Assembly: GCF_018350175.1 (NCBI RefSeq)
Contig: NC_058382.1
Coordinates: 50,346,001-50,410,000 of the forward strand
Source: Felis catus
Taxonomy: Eukaryota
Direction of reading: 5' to 3'
Length of the DNA stretch: 64,000 nucleotides
In this document: positions 13,653 to 26,658 of the stretch, one piece after another
Position numbering within the stretch: position 1 is the stretch's first letter
How the letters are laid out: each line of letters opens with the position of its first letter
Notes under the pieces: generated by a model
Seen by the model: the letters and a program-made list of their open reading frames with translations, nothing else
Told to the model about the DNA's origin: nothing
The model's database searches: none
Program-made: the position numbers and the translations under genes

Positions 13653-15791
13653 AGATAGCTAGCAATTCTTAAATGATCCCGTGTACACGGTACTCTGCTA
13701 AAGACTTTACAAGCATGATCTCACTTAATTTTCATCACAAACCTGTGGGTTAGAGACTATCAGTATTGGCAAGGGTCATGTAGCCAAAACGTAGACAAGG
13801 ATTTGATTGTAAAGGCCCTGCTTTTGTCTGTAGTGACACACTGTTGCCAATCATGTAGCATGTTTAAAGTAAGTTTGAACATGCAGAGAGAGTTCCTGTA
13901 ACCAGTTTTGTAATCACCGTGTGTCTCAGACTGAAGTGCAGCTAGATGGGACCACAAATGTAGAGGACCAACTGGAATTCAAGAAAGGTTTGTTCACACA
14001 TTAACTCTGTAACTAAGTATTATTTGAAGGGCTGCTTTATAAGCAACTGGTAGAGACCATTTTAAAAAGTGCATTTTTCATGGTAATTGACAGATACATA
14101 AAATAATAAAGTGATACCTACCACAAAAATACCTACTGAAACTCATAAAGAAGATTGTTTGAAAAGGGCCAGGCAAAAACTCAAAGGCATATAGGTGGTG
14201 TCATGCACTCGCCACCCTGTGAGCCCTGAGACTGTCTCTACAGAGTGGTTCTCTAGCTTCCTGTCTGCCTCCCTCTGGTCCACTTCTCTGACGCTCCCTG
14301 CTTCCTTCTCTGTCCCCTCAAAGGCCATGTATTCTTGAGTTGTATTCTGTTGTCCCTTCCTCTGTATCCATCATAGGCTCTGAAACCTATACTCCCCTTG
14401 CACGGACACGCCTCCACCTCAGCAATGATTTCAGTTCAGTGTCCGGCTAAGAGGCCTCCTGCATATGATTTTATTCAGGTACATAACATTTCTGGGAAGA
14501 GCGGCCCACTGTTTTCATTTCTCAGTTGATAAAACTGAACCTGAGAGTGATTTTTCCAAGGTCTAACCCAGAATAACTCATGTTGATGGAGCTTAGATTC
14601 TTGCTTCATAGCCTCCAATAGGAAAGTATCACCTGGATGTAGAATTCTCCCAAGACACTTGGGTAGCACAATGTAAATTGTTTTGTGAATCTCTCTCATT
14701 TAGATCATAATTCTTGGGTTTGACAGGTAAAGATGCTGAACTGTGAAGAGTGATGGAAACAATGTGTGACTATAGATAAGGGCACAGATAGTTGCTGAAA
14801 ATGATGAAAACAGGGTGCCAGGGGGTATGAAGAATCATACCCTGAGTCTACATATTTTGCCTGTTCTCAAAATGACAGAAACTTAGGATAAATAGATGAA
14901 TGTATGACATCCTTGATGTTACTTTTTTACTATCATATTATTATCAAATGTTCTTAGTGTCTAATTTATCACCATAAAATCTCAATAGAGTATGGTATTA
15001 TAGAATACATACAAAAACATTACTAGTGCAAACCCACTATGCCACGATGAAAAGTCACTAATATAATAGCAAATGTCTTTAAGGGTGCAAGGAGGCCATT
15101 AGAAGCTTTTGCCTATGCTTTTCTGTTGCTGTGTTTTCTATTTTTACTTTATTTTCTCTATAATTACAAAGAGAAGAAACTACTATTACCGCCTACTTAA
15201 GAGGCTAGAAAGGAAAATGAGTGACGGATTTTTTTTCCACATGCAACAAACCAATTTTAGATGACTTCTGTTGTTTATTTAATTGTTAAAAGTTCTTCTG
15301 ATAAACTGTTTCAAAATTATCACACAATGCAAAAAACCTTAATTCAAAAGAAACTAATGCACTGATATTACCCAAACTATAAATTTCCTAGTTGATCTCT
15401 ATTTCTTTAAACAAAGTCAAATGATTTTTTCTCATTATTAGGTATTCTGTTAATTAATCAGTCACAGAGCCACATAGAATAATACCCCTTCCTCTTGTGT
15501 ATGACGCACTAATTGTATGCACTACTTACGGTCTCTCTGATGCAGCTATATAGATAACCAGTTCAAATTCTAAGCTTCATTTTAAATATTCAATATTCAA
15601 TAAATATTTATTAAAGCAAATTTAAAGTAGGAGAGTCTCTATTAATGCTTTGCTAAAAATGGAAGTGCAAAATGTACCAGCTCAGTTACTAATTTGTAAA
15701 GCCTAAGGAAGTTAGTTAACTTTCTGAATTCAATTTTCTCCATAAGAATAGCATAATAATTTTTTTTCATAATGCTGGGGATTTTAATAAT

Positions 15792-16960
15792 TTTTATTAC
15801 CTTGTATTAGGCAAAAGGTTCTCAGATTTGACACCAAAAGCACAATCCATAGGGGAATAAATGGCTAAACCTGACTTTAAAATGAAAGTTCTGTGCTCCA
15901 AAAGACATCTATAAGGAATAAGAAAGCAAGCAACAGTCCAGAATAAAATATTTGCAAATGATATATCTGATAAATTATTTGTATCAAGAATATCTGAAGA
16001 ACTCATACAACTTAACAATTAAAAAAACCAAACAACTCAATTTAAATTTGGGGGGAGAAATGGAATGGAGAGTGATTGTTAGTGGGTACGAACTTTCTTT
16101 TTGGGATGATGAAATATTCTAAAATTTGATTATGTTGATGGTTGCACAACTCTATAAATATAATAAGAACCATTGAGTTGTACTCTTTTAATGGGTGAAC
16201 TACATCTTATGTAAATAACATTTCAATAAGTTGCTAAAATGGGCAAAATATATGAAAAGACATTTCACTAAAGGAGACATATGAATGGCTAATAAACACA
16301 TGAAAAGATGTTCAACGTCATTAGTCATTAGGAAATTACAAATTATAAACCCACAATGGAACAATACTTCACACTCACTAGAATGGCTGTAATAAAAATG
16401 ATAATACAATGTTGGCAAGCATGGGGAGAAAATGTAATCCTCAAACATTACTGGTGGAAATGTAAAATGATATAGCTACTTTAGAAAAGAGTATGACAGT
16501 TTTTTTTAAAAAGTTAAATGTGAATGTATCATACAATCCAGCAATTGCATCCTAGGTATCTACCCAAGAAAATGAAAACATATGTTCACTAAAGACTTGT
16601 ATGTGAATGTTTATAGCAGCATTATTCATAATAGACAAAAAGTGGGAACGCTCAAAATTTCTATGGCCTGGTGAATGAATAAGCAGAATATGTTGTACCC
16701 ATATAGTGGGATACTACTCAGTCATAAAATGAGCTAACCACTGATACACACTAAAACATGAGCAAACCTCAAATTATTATGATAACTGATTGAGAAAAAT
16801 ACTCAGAAGACTATTTGTTGTATGATTCCATTTATATGAAATGTCTAGAAAAAATAAATCTATATGGACAGAAAGAAGATTAGTGGATGCCTGGGGCTGG
16901 GGTAGAAACTGAGATTGAATGCAAATGGGCATGAGAAATCTTTTTGGGGTGATAGAAAAG
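15792..16960 (+). mobile_element. Old LINE-1 (L1MD/L1ME-like) ORF2 3' end and 3'UTR
   Basis: Degenerate ORF2 motifs (atatttgcaaatgatatatctgataaa, cacatgaaaagatgttcaac) and 3'UTR (tgtatgattccatttatatgaaatgtctagaa). Confidence 0.85.
16049..16235 (+). mobile_element. L1MB-like extreme 3' end nested in the older L1
   Basis: ttttgggatgatgaaatattctaaaa...gatggttgcacaactct...caataagttgctaaaa interrupts the host between aactcaatttaaa and aatgggcaaaa. Confidence 0.8.
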
Positions 16961-17007
16961 TAAAGTAAAAATAAACTGAGAGTTATTTAGAGTATTAAGA
17001 AGTACCA

Positions 17008-17172
17008 GGGTGCCTGGGGGCTTAGTCAGTTAAACGTCTGACTTTGGCTTGGGTCATGATCTCACAGCTCATGGGTTTGAGCCCCATGTTGGGATTCTGT
17101 CTCCCTCCCCCTCTCCCTGCCCCTCCTATTTTCTCTCTCTCTCAAAATAAATAAGTAAACCTTTTTTTAAAA
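17008..17172 (+). mobile_element. Can-SINE with internal deletion
   Basis: Head gggtgcctggggg, tail tctcaaaataaataag; flanks aagtaccagg / aaataccagg. Confidence 0.85.
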
Positions 17173-18250
17173 AAATACCAGGAAGTTTGTTGATGTTCTC
17201 TTCATACATCCACATCAGACTGTTAATCATATGTATAAATACGTATTTTTAGTTTTATATGACCAATAGTCCGATGTTGATATGCTATTACTCTTACGTT
17301 TCTACAAAAGTACTGCTGGTTAAATAATGGAAAAGCTTCTTAGGAATAGTTATAAACAAGAGTAGGTTCTTTTAAAGGTAATGAAATCAGGAGATTCTGT
17401 AATATAGTATAGACCACTTACCATCTTTGCCATATGACTAACCGATGGATCACTGTTGGTAGAATGATCAATTAAACAACCTCCTGGGGTTTGCTTCAGG
17501 GTTACCAGTTAAGTAATTATGATGATTAAGAAAAGATGTCTGTTTACTGACATGGTAAGGATTGTTCATTTTTCTTTTATTCTTTATTACTAATAGTAGG
17601 AGGAAGAAATTTGAAAGATACTACATTCAAAACTCAGATACTTGTTCCTTGAATTGTATTTTACTTATGGAATTAATTCCTGTGAGATATTAAGAAAAAC
17701 AGCTGAGTTGGCCTATTTAACAAAAATATAATCTTTGTGATTTTCTGAGACCAAAGAGAGAAGTAAGCAATTTGGGAACCTTTAGGAGTCATTCATACAG
17801 TGGAGAGAAAGGATCCAATGGTGAGAAAGCCCATCATGAGTCATTGAAAAAATTCCAAGTTGCGATGTGTGTGCTCAGCAGGTCGGAAGGCTACAGAGGA
17901 GGCATATGGCTTAGCATCTCTCACAAACCATGTCTTCCCTTTGTAGCCATCCCTTGACCTCTGCCTATATAATGTTTCAAAAAGTGAAAATTACACTTCC
18001 TAACAGAAATTGGTCATTATTTCTCTTGGGAGAAGATTCCCATTGTTCTCTGGTGTAACAAAATGACAATCCAGGATATAATACCCTAGAATTTATGGTC
18101 CGTTGGCATTCTTCTGGGGTTGAGTATTCTACATGCTACAATCCATGTCTCTGCATGTTGGATTTCCCCTGACATCATTTTTTTTGTGCTAATGAACTTG
18201 AATATCAAGTGCACGTGCGTTGGTGACCCCTCCTAACAACAAAAATACAA

Positions 18251-18398
18251 GGGCGCCTGGGTTGCTCAGTTGGTTAAACGACTCAGGTCTTGATCTCATG
18301 GTTGGTGAGATCAAGTCCCGCATCGTCTGCTTGGGATTCTCTCTCTCTTTCTCTGCCCCTCACCCCCTCTCTTTCTTTCTCAAAAGAAATAAACCTTT
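18251..18398 (+). mobile_element. Can-SINE with internal deletions
   Basis: gggcgcctgggttgctcagttggttaa head; TSD acaaaaataca at 18239-18249 and 18399-18409. Confidence 0.85.
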
Positions 18399-18952
18399 AC
18401 AAAAATACATATTCCCCCCAAAAAGTGATGTATAAATATACCTTAATTCTATAGTAAAAGAGTACTTCATCAAAAATGGAGTAGAATGTGTATTTTATGA
18501 TGTTTGTTAGAATTCTGTGAGAATAGAAGAACATTTCCTGACCTGAAACTCTTTGGTTTGCAATTTTCTGGAAACGTATAGACATGCTGTATAGCATGAG
18601 TAGGAATTGCAGATTCAGCTAAATTGCTAGGATAACGTAACAGGGTCCATCAGTCACTATGCTGTAATTGCTGAAGGTAACAGCCACCTAATGCAGGAAT
18701 AAATTACGCCCAACTGTTAAGGACAATTATGTGCCTTATCAGTTGGTCAGCAACAAGTGGCTGGAATATATGGACCATTAATCTGTATGTGAGCAGTTGT
18801 TCTAATGTCCCTTCCAGAGAGAAAGCAAGACACCTCTTGGCCTCCCTTGTCAATCATCAGCAAATTAAAAACAACCTAACCAGCATCTTCTGTATCACAG
18901 ATTATTTTTTAAAAGAGAATATGAGCCTAGATAATAGACCTACATTACTTTT

Positions 18953-19162
18953 TTATTTTTGAATTTGTTTGTTTGTTTATTTATTTTTAGAGATAGTGCA
19001 TGTGAGTGGGGGGAGAGGGGCACAGGGAGAGAGAGATTTCCAAGCAGGCTCCATACTCAGCTCAGAGCCCGATTCTGGGGGCTCGATCCTGTGACCCTGG
19101 GATCATGACCTGGGCTGAACTCAAGAGTCGGATGCTCAACCCCTGAGCCATCCAGGCTCCCC
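18953..19162 (-). mobile_element. Can-SINE
   Basis: SINE body; perfect TSD acctacattactttt at 18938-18952 and 19165-19179. Confidence 0.92.
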
Positions 19163-20114
19163 AAACCTACATTACTTTTAAAACCAATCAGTGTTTCAGC
19201 CTTTACCTTTCACGTTTCCTCATATTCGATAACTAAAACATTTCAGGGAGAAGAGGCTCAAAACCAGGAGATTCTGCATGACCTTAATGCTTTCTTCCTC
19301 AGCCCAGCCTTGATCCTAAGAAGATACAAAACTGATCATATAGCTGATCATATATTTGTTTATAACTAAACAAATACGTATTTAAAAATGAGGAGCAATG
19401 CAACAATATAGGTAGAAAAAAGGGAAGAAACCTGGGAGGTTAATTGCTAAATTCATTCTCTGAAGCTCAGTATATTTTCCAAGTCCAAGTTTTAAATTAC
19501 AGTTCAGAAAGTTTACCACAAACTCACCTGGTTTTCTAGTAGCAGAGGCAAAGATAGAAATGATTCATACTGTCTTTATGACACAAGCAACCAAATGATG
19601 AAGAAAACACAATTTTTAATACTGCCACTGAAAAGAAATTTCATCACAAAGAGACTATTCTGTTCTGTAGTGACTCATCAGCATCAACAACCTTATCCAT
19701 GAATTCTGAGAGCATCCTGATTCTCTTTTCATTTTATTTCTTTTAACATTTCTCAGGGGATGGCATAGTACCAAAAAATTGTTAGGTAAAATAATTGGTT
19801 CTGGAGAACACTTGGAAGGCAGACCATGTTTCTAATGAGCTCTAGGGAAGGGGATTGGCAAAAAGAACCTTAGTAATGGATGTTGGCATGCATTATGGAC
19901 TCAGAGAAGGATCGGCTGTTCTACAAGCAGGAAAAGATCATGTATCACCTGGATAGGAACTGAATCCAGGGACTAGGTGGCCTCTGTGTTGACCCCCTTG
20001 GAAGAACATGGGTGTTTTCATTGTTTGTGAGGAGAGTCAAGTGAGTATTCAGGTATGACACATACAGATGCAGGATGTGGCGGAAACTGGCAAGAGGGTC
20101 ACCGATCTCATTGG

Positions 20115-20420
20115 CATGTGTAGACATTTGAGAAGAACAACATGTCCCAATCTCCCTTGCAGGTAAATTGGGGCCATGGGACAAGTTTTGAAGAGTGGAA
20201 CCTAGTAAGGGGGTAGCTTTCTCTAGGTCTTGGCCCTGAGAGAATTGGTGTATTCCATGCAAGCTTCTCCTTTCTCCTGTCTCTGTTGTCCATGGCCTGT
20301 AAGGTGAGCGCAACATGAAAGAAGACTGGTTTTCTGAGAGACCATATGGGAAGGGAGGGGATAGCCAGCCTTAGTAAATCAAACTGTGATGTGAGCTAGA
20401 GGGTGTTATCCTGACTAATC
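20115..20420 (+). mobile_element. Ancient ERVL-type LTR remnant (LTR16/LTR33-like)
   Basis: tcccaatctcccttgcaggtaaattggggccatgggacaagtt motif and terminal atcctgactaat; highly diverged. Confidence 0.45.
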
Positions 20421-20709
20421 TGGTTAATGGAAAAAAATAGTCGTATTTTTTAATGAGGAAATACATAAGAGGCAGAATTTACCTGTCATCTTTAACTTTT
20501 GTTATGATTATGTAGTCTAATATTATCACATTTTTTTAAGTTTAGAACAATTTCAGACTTATTTAAAATTTTTCCTACCTCTATTATCATCAGAATTTGT
20601 TTTGCTTTCAATATTTGTAAGGTGCAGATATGTTAAGTGACCTATCAAGTCACAGAGTTCATGGAATTCATATCTATTGAATTTTTGGCCTTTTAACTTA
20701 TTATATATT

Positions 20710-20923
20710 AAAAAAAATTTTTTAATGTTTGTTTATTTTTGAGAGAGACAGAGCTTGAGCAGGGGATGGGTAGAGAGAGGGGGAAGCACCGAATCTGAAG
20801 CAGGCTCCAGGCTCTGAGCTGTCAGCACAGAGCCTGATGTGGGGCTTAAAGTCACAAACCTCAAGATGATGATCTGAGCTGAAGTCACACGACGCTTAAC
20901 CCACTGAGCCACCCAGGCACTCC
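20710..20923 (-). mobile_element. Felid SINE (SINEC_Fc2-like)
   Basis: Full SINE body ending gagccacccaggcactcc. Confidence 0.92.
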
Positions 20924-20924
20924 C

Positions 20925-20964
<40 letters not shown>
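20925..20964. repeat. (TAT)n microsatellite
   Basis: About 13 perfect TAT units directly abutting the SINE head. Confidence 0.95.
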
Positions 20965-22845
20965 TAGGGAGTGATTTGATAGCTTTTTTCATTTGTTACT
21001 TGGTAATTTGTTTAGATTATATATTTTTGATGGGGTCAATTGTGGTGTTATTATATTATTAAATGTTACGTTTGTAATTATATTTTCCTAGATAATTCCT
21101 CATTTTATTAAAGTTTTCAAGTTTATTTGGGTAGAACTTAAGCAATGTGTTGGCAGGTGGTATGTGAATAAACATCTTGATCTGAATTGGGTTGTCTTTA
21201 CCATATAATATCTGTATGAAATTGATAGTCTTTTTGAAATGACTGAAAAAGTCTCTGTTCTTAGTTTTCTTTATATTTTTTGTAAAAAAGTTATTATTAG
21301 TACTTATTATCTATTCGTTATGAGAATTAAATACATATATGAAGTCGTTAGAACCCAGTAGGAGGTCAATGTATATTAGGTAGTGTTACTGTTCCTCAGT
21401 ATCATTAGTGATTTTTCTACTTGCATGATTAGTTGTATTCATTTGCTCTTTCTCCATCTAAACATTTAATTAATTAATTAAAATTAGACTCATTTCCCGA
21501 GGCCCACATCCCATCAGTTCTCTAGCCAGATGGGAAGCACATCTCTCTCTCATTGCCTGTGGCAAATGTTGGAAGGGCAGGATAAGGATGCAGAGCATTT
21601 GTTGTGCGTGGCAGGTCTTATCGTGGCTTCCTGATTGATTACCCCTGATCTTTGAATCCTTGAATGGGGGAAAAGGCATTCTTTTTGTAGGCAGACCTAA
21701 AAAGAAATGGGAGAAGTTGACAAAGATGAACTAAATTTTAAGTTTTGGGTTCTCAGTAACATAAATTCTATATTGTAAAGAATGAGTAATTACAAGGAAG
21801 ATGGCATAAATATTAATGTCTAGGACAAAGGGTTTGGATTATTTACATTAAAAAAATGACATATTTAATGTACCAACAGTCTGTCATACAACCTAAAAAC
21901 AAAGATCACTAACTTGTCTTTTGGTAAAGATACACAAAACAGAGTAAGTATTTTAGGAAGCAAAAGTTTTTATAAAAATAGGAAAAACTAGCTCTCTGTT
22001 TTGGTAAAAAATATTAAACATTGATTGAACATTTCTAGCCATGCTGTTTGTTAACTATATAACCTTAAGCTAGTCCTCTTACAACCCTGACTCTCAGTCT
22101 CATCATTAATATAACAGTAAAAATAATAATTTTTAATGAGATTTTTGAATCACTGTATAAAAAGTACTATATATAGCACCTGGAGGGGAAAAGGAGCTTA
22201 ATGCACGTCAGTGCTCTTTCCCTTTCTTTATTATTCCTCTCTTTTATAGACAGACTCAAGGTGAGGGTGATAAAGAAAACTTAGCTGTGCCATATATTGC
22301 AGCAATGTGTAAGAGAATAATACAAATAGTAGGTTATTAATGGAATTTTGATTCCAACTAAAATAGAGGTCACAGCATAAACACTGAAAGGGAGAAACTA
22401 TACAAAACAATTACTAAATGGTTCCAGGCAGGATTTCAGTTTATATTTTTCTGACTCAGAATGTATGATTATGCATAAGGCCATCAGTGTTTGAAAGTAA
22501 AAAACAAAACAAAAAATATCAGTTGAAATACCTTTCCCAGAAGGAAAGCAAATATTCTAATGGAAAATACAGAATCTTTTTCTTTAGGGAGCACTCTAAA
22601 CAAAAAAAAAATTCTGTTATTTGTAAACATTGCGTGTACATAAAATTTTCCAAGATGACAGCTCTTTTTTTGACTGAGGTAGAATTGACATACTAGTTTC
22701 AGGTATACAGCAGAATGACTTGATATTTGTATACACTGTGAAATGATTACCATGGTAAGTCTAGCTACTATCTGTCACCATACAAAATTATAAAACAAAT
22801 TTTTGTTTCTTGTGATGAAAACTTTTAAGATTTACTTTCTTTTTT

Positions 22846-23065
22846 GGGGGGTGCCTGGGTGGCTCCGTTGGTTGAGCGTCCGACTTCAGCTCAGGTCATG
22901 ATCTCGCGGTTTGTGAGTACAAGCCTGCATCGGGCTCTGTGCTGACAGCTCGGAGCCTGGAGCCTGCTTTGGATTCTGTGTCTCCCTCTCTCTCTCTTCC
23001 CCTCCCCTGCTCGCATTCTGTCAATCTCTCTCTCAAAAATAAATAAGCACTAAAGAAAATTTAAA
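22846..23065 (+). mobile_element. Felid SINE (SINEC_Fc2-like)
   Basis: Full body; flanked by aagatttactt at 22827 and 23066. Confidence 0.93.
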
Positions 23066-23076
23066 AAGATTTACTT

Positions 23077-23223
23077 AAATTTTTTTTTTATTTTGAAAGA
23101 AAGGAGAGAACCTGCTTTCAGTGCACAGCCCATTGAGGGGCTTGATCTCCCAAACCTCAAGATCATGACTTGAGCTGAAACCAAGAGTCGACTACTTAAC
23201 CAACTGAGACACCCAGGCACCCC
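23077..23223 (-). mobile_element. Older Can-SINE, tail-to-tail with the previous SINE
   Basis: Head gagacacccaggcacccc followed by ttaagacttactttctt, matching 22825-22841. Confidence 0.85.
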
Positions 23224-23454
23224 TTAAGACTTACTTTCTTAGCAACTTTCAATTTTGCAATATGATATTATTAAATATAGTCACCATGCTGTATATTTCA
23301 TCCCCAATAAATGACAATTATTTTATTACGGAAAGTTTGTACCTCCTGACCCTATTCTGTTATTTTGCTCACCTCCCAACCCCCCTGCCCTCTGGCAACC
23401 AGCATTGTTTTCTCTGCATCTATGGGTTTTGGGCTTTTTTTGTTTTGTTTTTTA

Positions 23455-23659
23455 TTTAAACATTTTTTTTAATGTTTATTTTTAAGAGAGAGAGAGAACA
23501 AGCAGGGAGGGACAGAGAGTAGGGGAGACAGAATCCAAAACAGGCTCCTGGCTCTGAGCTGTCAACACAGGTTCTGATGTGGGGCTTGAACTCACAGACT
23601 ACGAGATGATGACCTGAACCGAAGTCTGACACTTAACTGACTGAGTCACCCAGACGCCC
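23455..23659 (-). mobile_element. Felid SINE
   Basis: SINE body ending gagtcacccagacgccc. Confidence 0.9.
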
Positions 23660-23797
23660 GTTTTTTAGATTTTATGTATGAGTAAAATCATACAGTATTT
23701 GTCTTGCTCTTATTTCACTTAGTGTAATAGCCTCAAGGGCCATCTATGTTGTTGCAAATGGCAAGATTTCATTCTTTTTTATGCCTGAGTAGTATTC

Positions 23798-23799
<2 letters not shown>

Positions 23800-23847
<48 letters not shown>
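23800..23847. repeat. (GT)n microsatellite
   Basis: About 24 perfect GT units within the L1. Confidence 0.97.
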
Positions 23848-23849
<2 letters not shown>

Positions 23850-24029
23850 CACATCTTTATTCATTCATCTATTGATAGACACTTAGGTTCTTTCTGTATC
23901 TTCTTGACTATTGTAAATAATGCTGAGGTGGACATAGGGATACATACATCTTTTTGAATCAGTGTTTCAGACGAATACCCAGAAGTGGAATTGCTGGATC
24001 ATATGGTAACTCTGTTTTTAATTTTTTTA

Positions 24030-24135
24030 TATACTAAGTGTTTGAAATCCAGCAGTTTTATACTTCTAGAACACATTAATTTGGATTAGCCACATTTCAA
24101 GTCCCCAGTAGCCACATGTGGCAACCATATTGGAT
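24030..24135. mobile_element. hAT-Charlie MITE fragment (MER3-like)
   Basis: tagccacatttcaagtccccagtagccacatgtggc...ccatattgga. Confidence 0.7.
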
Positions 24136-24723
24136 GTTCGCATGTATCTCTTGCATTCTCAATTACACTTGTCTGTCACAAGTAAACAAGGTTGAAATGC
24201 ATTTTTTTCCCCAATTAAACACCTGATGAGACCAATTAGCTTACGATTATGAAGTATTTCTTTTTGTATCTTCCTCAAAGATCCATCAGATTTTGTAAAC
24301 TGTTGTTTTTGAAATGAGATTTGCAGATTAATCTGTCAAATGACAAAGAGAGGTGGATCTTACAGGTGGTGTTCTATCTGGATTGATCAGTAGGTAAAAC
24401 AATAATCAACTAATAGGAAATTGACAATAATAATAAGATAGAAACCCCAAATGCAACACTGGAGACAGTAATGCTGTAGGTTGGAGTAATAATTCCAGGA
24501 GGAGATAAATATTAAACACAATGGAGTTTAGCAATTAAAACAGAAAAGAAATGGACAGAAAAAGGAGGCAATGTTTCCCCACCATGATGAGAATATTATC
24601 TAGAATGATTCAGTACTGATGAGCAAATGATGCATGTCTTCTGTTTTCACATCCCAAGTAACGTGTATGGAAAAAAATTAATTTTAATTAGAGTTAAACA
24701 GAAAACAGAATTAGCTAGAGTCC

Positions 24724-24860
24724 TTTTTTTTTTCCTTCTAAGTAGGCTCCATGCCCAGCACAGAGTCCAATGTGTAACTTAAACTCATGACTCTGAGATC
24801 AAGACCTGAGCTGAGACCAAGAGTCAGATGCTTAATCGGCTGTGCCCCTGCAGGAGCCCC
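24724..24860 (-). mobile_element. Older Can-SINE
   Basis: agtaggctccatgcccagc...gagatcaagacctgagctgaga...caggagcccc. Confidence 0.85.
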
Positions 24861-25281
24861 AGGTAGACTTTTAAAAATGTTGATCACTTAGGTTGTCTGT
24901 TGATATTAGAATTTTGAGTCTTATTCATAACAATTTAATAGGTCTATTTTCCTGTTTAGAAAGTTCTCTGGATTATCTCTTGTTTGTCTCTCACAATTTG
25001 AAGTTAGACCATGGTGCTGTTGGCAGAGTTTCTGTACCTACACACTAATCAGGGTACACAAATCATGATAAGTGACACCAGCTTAGTTCTGTTCTTCTTC
25101 TAGTTAACGATACAGTTACAGAGGTTAGAGTTACAGAGGTAGAAAGCACTAATTGAATGATTATTTCAAATGTTAAAGACTCAGTGCATAATCATGGATT
25201 GGCCATGAAGGATAAAAGTCTACTTTTACTTGAGTTTCAGAAACAGGATTTTGGGCGCATAAAATTAGAATAAGTGTTTTT

Positions 25282-26658
25282 ATTTTTTTAATTTTTTAAT
25301 TATTATTTTTTAATATGAAATTCATTGTCAGATTGGTTTCCATACAATACCCAGTGCTCATACCAACAGGTGCCCTCCTCAGTACCCATCACTCACCCGC
25401 CCCTCCCTCCTACCCCCCATCAACCCTCAGTTTGTTCTCAGTTTTTAAGAGTCTCTTATGTTTTGGCTCCCTCCCTCTCTAACCTTTTTTTTTTCTTCCC
25501 CTCTCCCATTGTCTTCTGTTAAGTTTCTCAGGATCCACATAAGAGTGAATACATATGGTCTATCTGTGTTTCTCTGTATGACTTATTTCACTTAGCATAA
25601 CACTCTCCAGTGGCATCCATGTTGCTACAAAAGGCCTTATTTCATTCTTTCTCATTGCCACGTAGTATTCTGTTGTTTATATAAACCACAATTTCTTTAT
25701 CCATTCATCAGTTGATGGACATTTAGGCTCTTTGCATAATTTGGCTGTTGTTGAAAGTGCTGCTGTAAACGTTGGGGTCCAAGTGCCCCTATGCACCAGC
25801 ACTCCTGTATCCCTTGGGTAACTTCCTAGCAGTGCTACTGCTGGGTCATAGGGTAGATCTATTTTTAATGTTTAGAGGAACCTCCACACTGTTTTCCAGA
25901 GCGGCTGCACCAGTTTGCATTCCCACCAACAGTGCAAGAGGGTTCCCGTTTCTCCACATTCTCGCCAGCATCTATGGTCTCCTGATTTGTTCCTTTTAGC
26001 CACTCTGACTGGCGTGAGGTGATATCTGAGTGTGGTTTTGATTTGTATTTCCCTGATGAGGAGTGACGTTGAGCATTCTTTCATATGCCTGTTGGCCATC
26101 TGGGTGTCTTCTTTAGAGAAGTGTCTATTCATGTTTTCTGCCCATTTCTTCACTGGATTGTTTGTTTTTCGGGTGTGGAGTTTGGTGAGCTTTTTATAGA
26201 TTTTGGATACTAGCCCTTTGTCCGATATATCATTTGCAAATATCTTTTCCCACTCCGTGGGTTGCCTTTTCATTTTGTTGATTGTTTCCTTTGCAGTGCA
26301 GAAACTTTTTATCTTGATGAGGTCCCAATAGTTCATTTTTGCTTTTAATTCCCTTGCCTTTGGGGATGTGTCAAGTAAGAAATTGCTGCGGCTGAGGTCA
26401 GAGAGGTGTTTTCCTGCTTTCTCCTCTAGGGTTTTGATGGTTTCCTGTCTCACATTCAGGTCCTTTATCCATTTTGAGTTTATTTTTGTGAATGGTGTAA
26501 GAAAGTGGTCTAGTTTCATCCTTCTGCATGTTGCTGTCCAGTTATGCCAACACCATTTGTTAAAGAGACTGCCTGTTTTCCACTGGATATTCTTTCCTGG
26601 TTTGTCAAAGATTAGTTGGCCATTCTTTTGTGGGTGTAATTCTGGGGTTTCTATTCTA
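25282..26658 (-). mobile_element. 5'-truncated felid LINE-1 (L1_Fc-like), ORF2 C-terminal part plus 3'UTR
   Basis: ORF 25872..26696 contains L1 ORF2 motifs ([41 protein letters not shown]); flanks tagaataagtgttttt / tagaatgtgttttt. Confidence 0.97.

Larger units (their letters stand above)
22665..24028 (-). mobile_element. LINE-1 3' end (L1_Carn/L1MA9-like) carrying three SINEs and a (GT)n
   Basis: tagtttcaggtatacagc...tgtgaaatgattaccatggtaagtctag 3'UTR; atacccagaagtggaattgctggatcatatgg ORF2 remnant. Confidence 0.85.
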
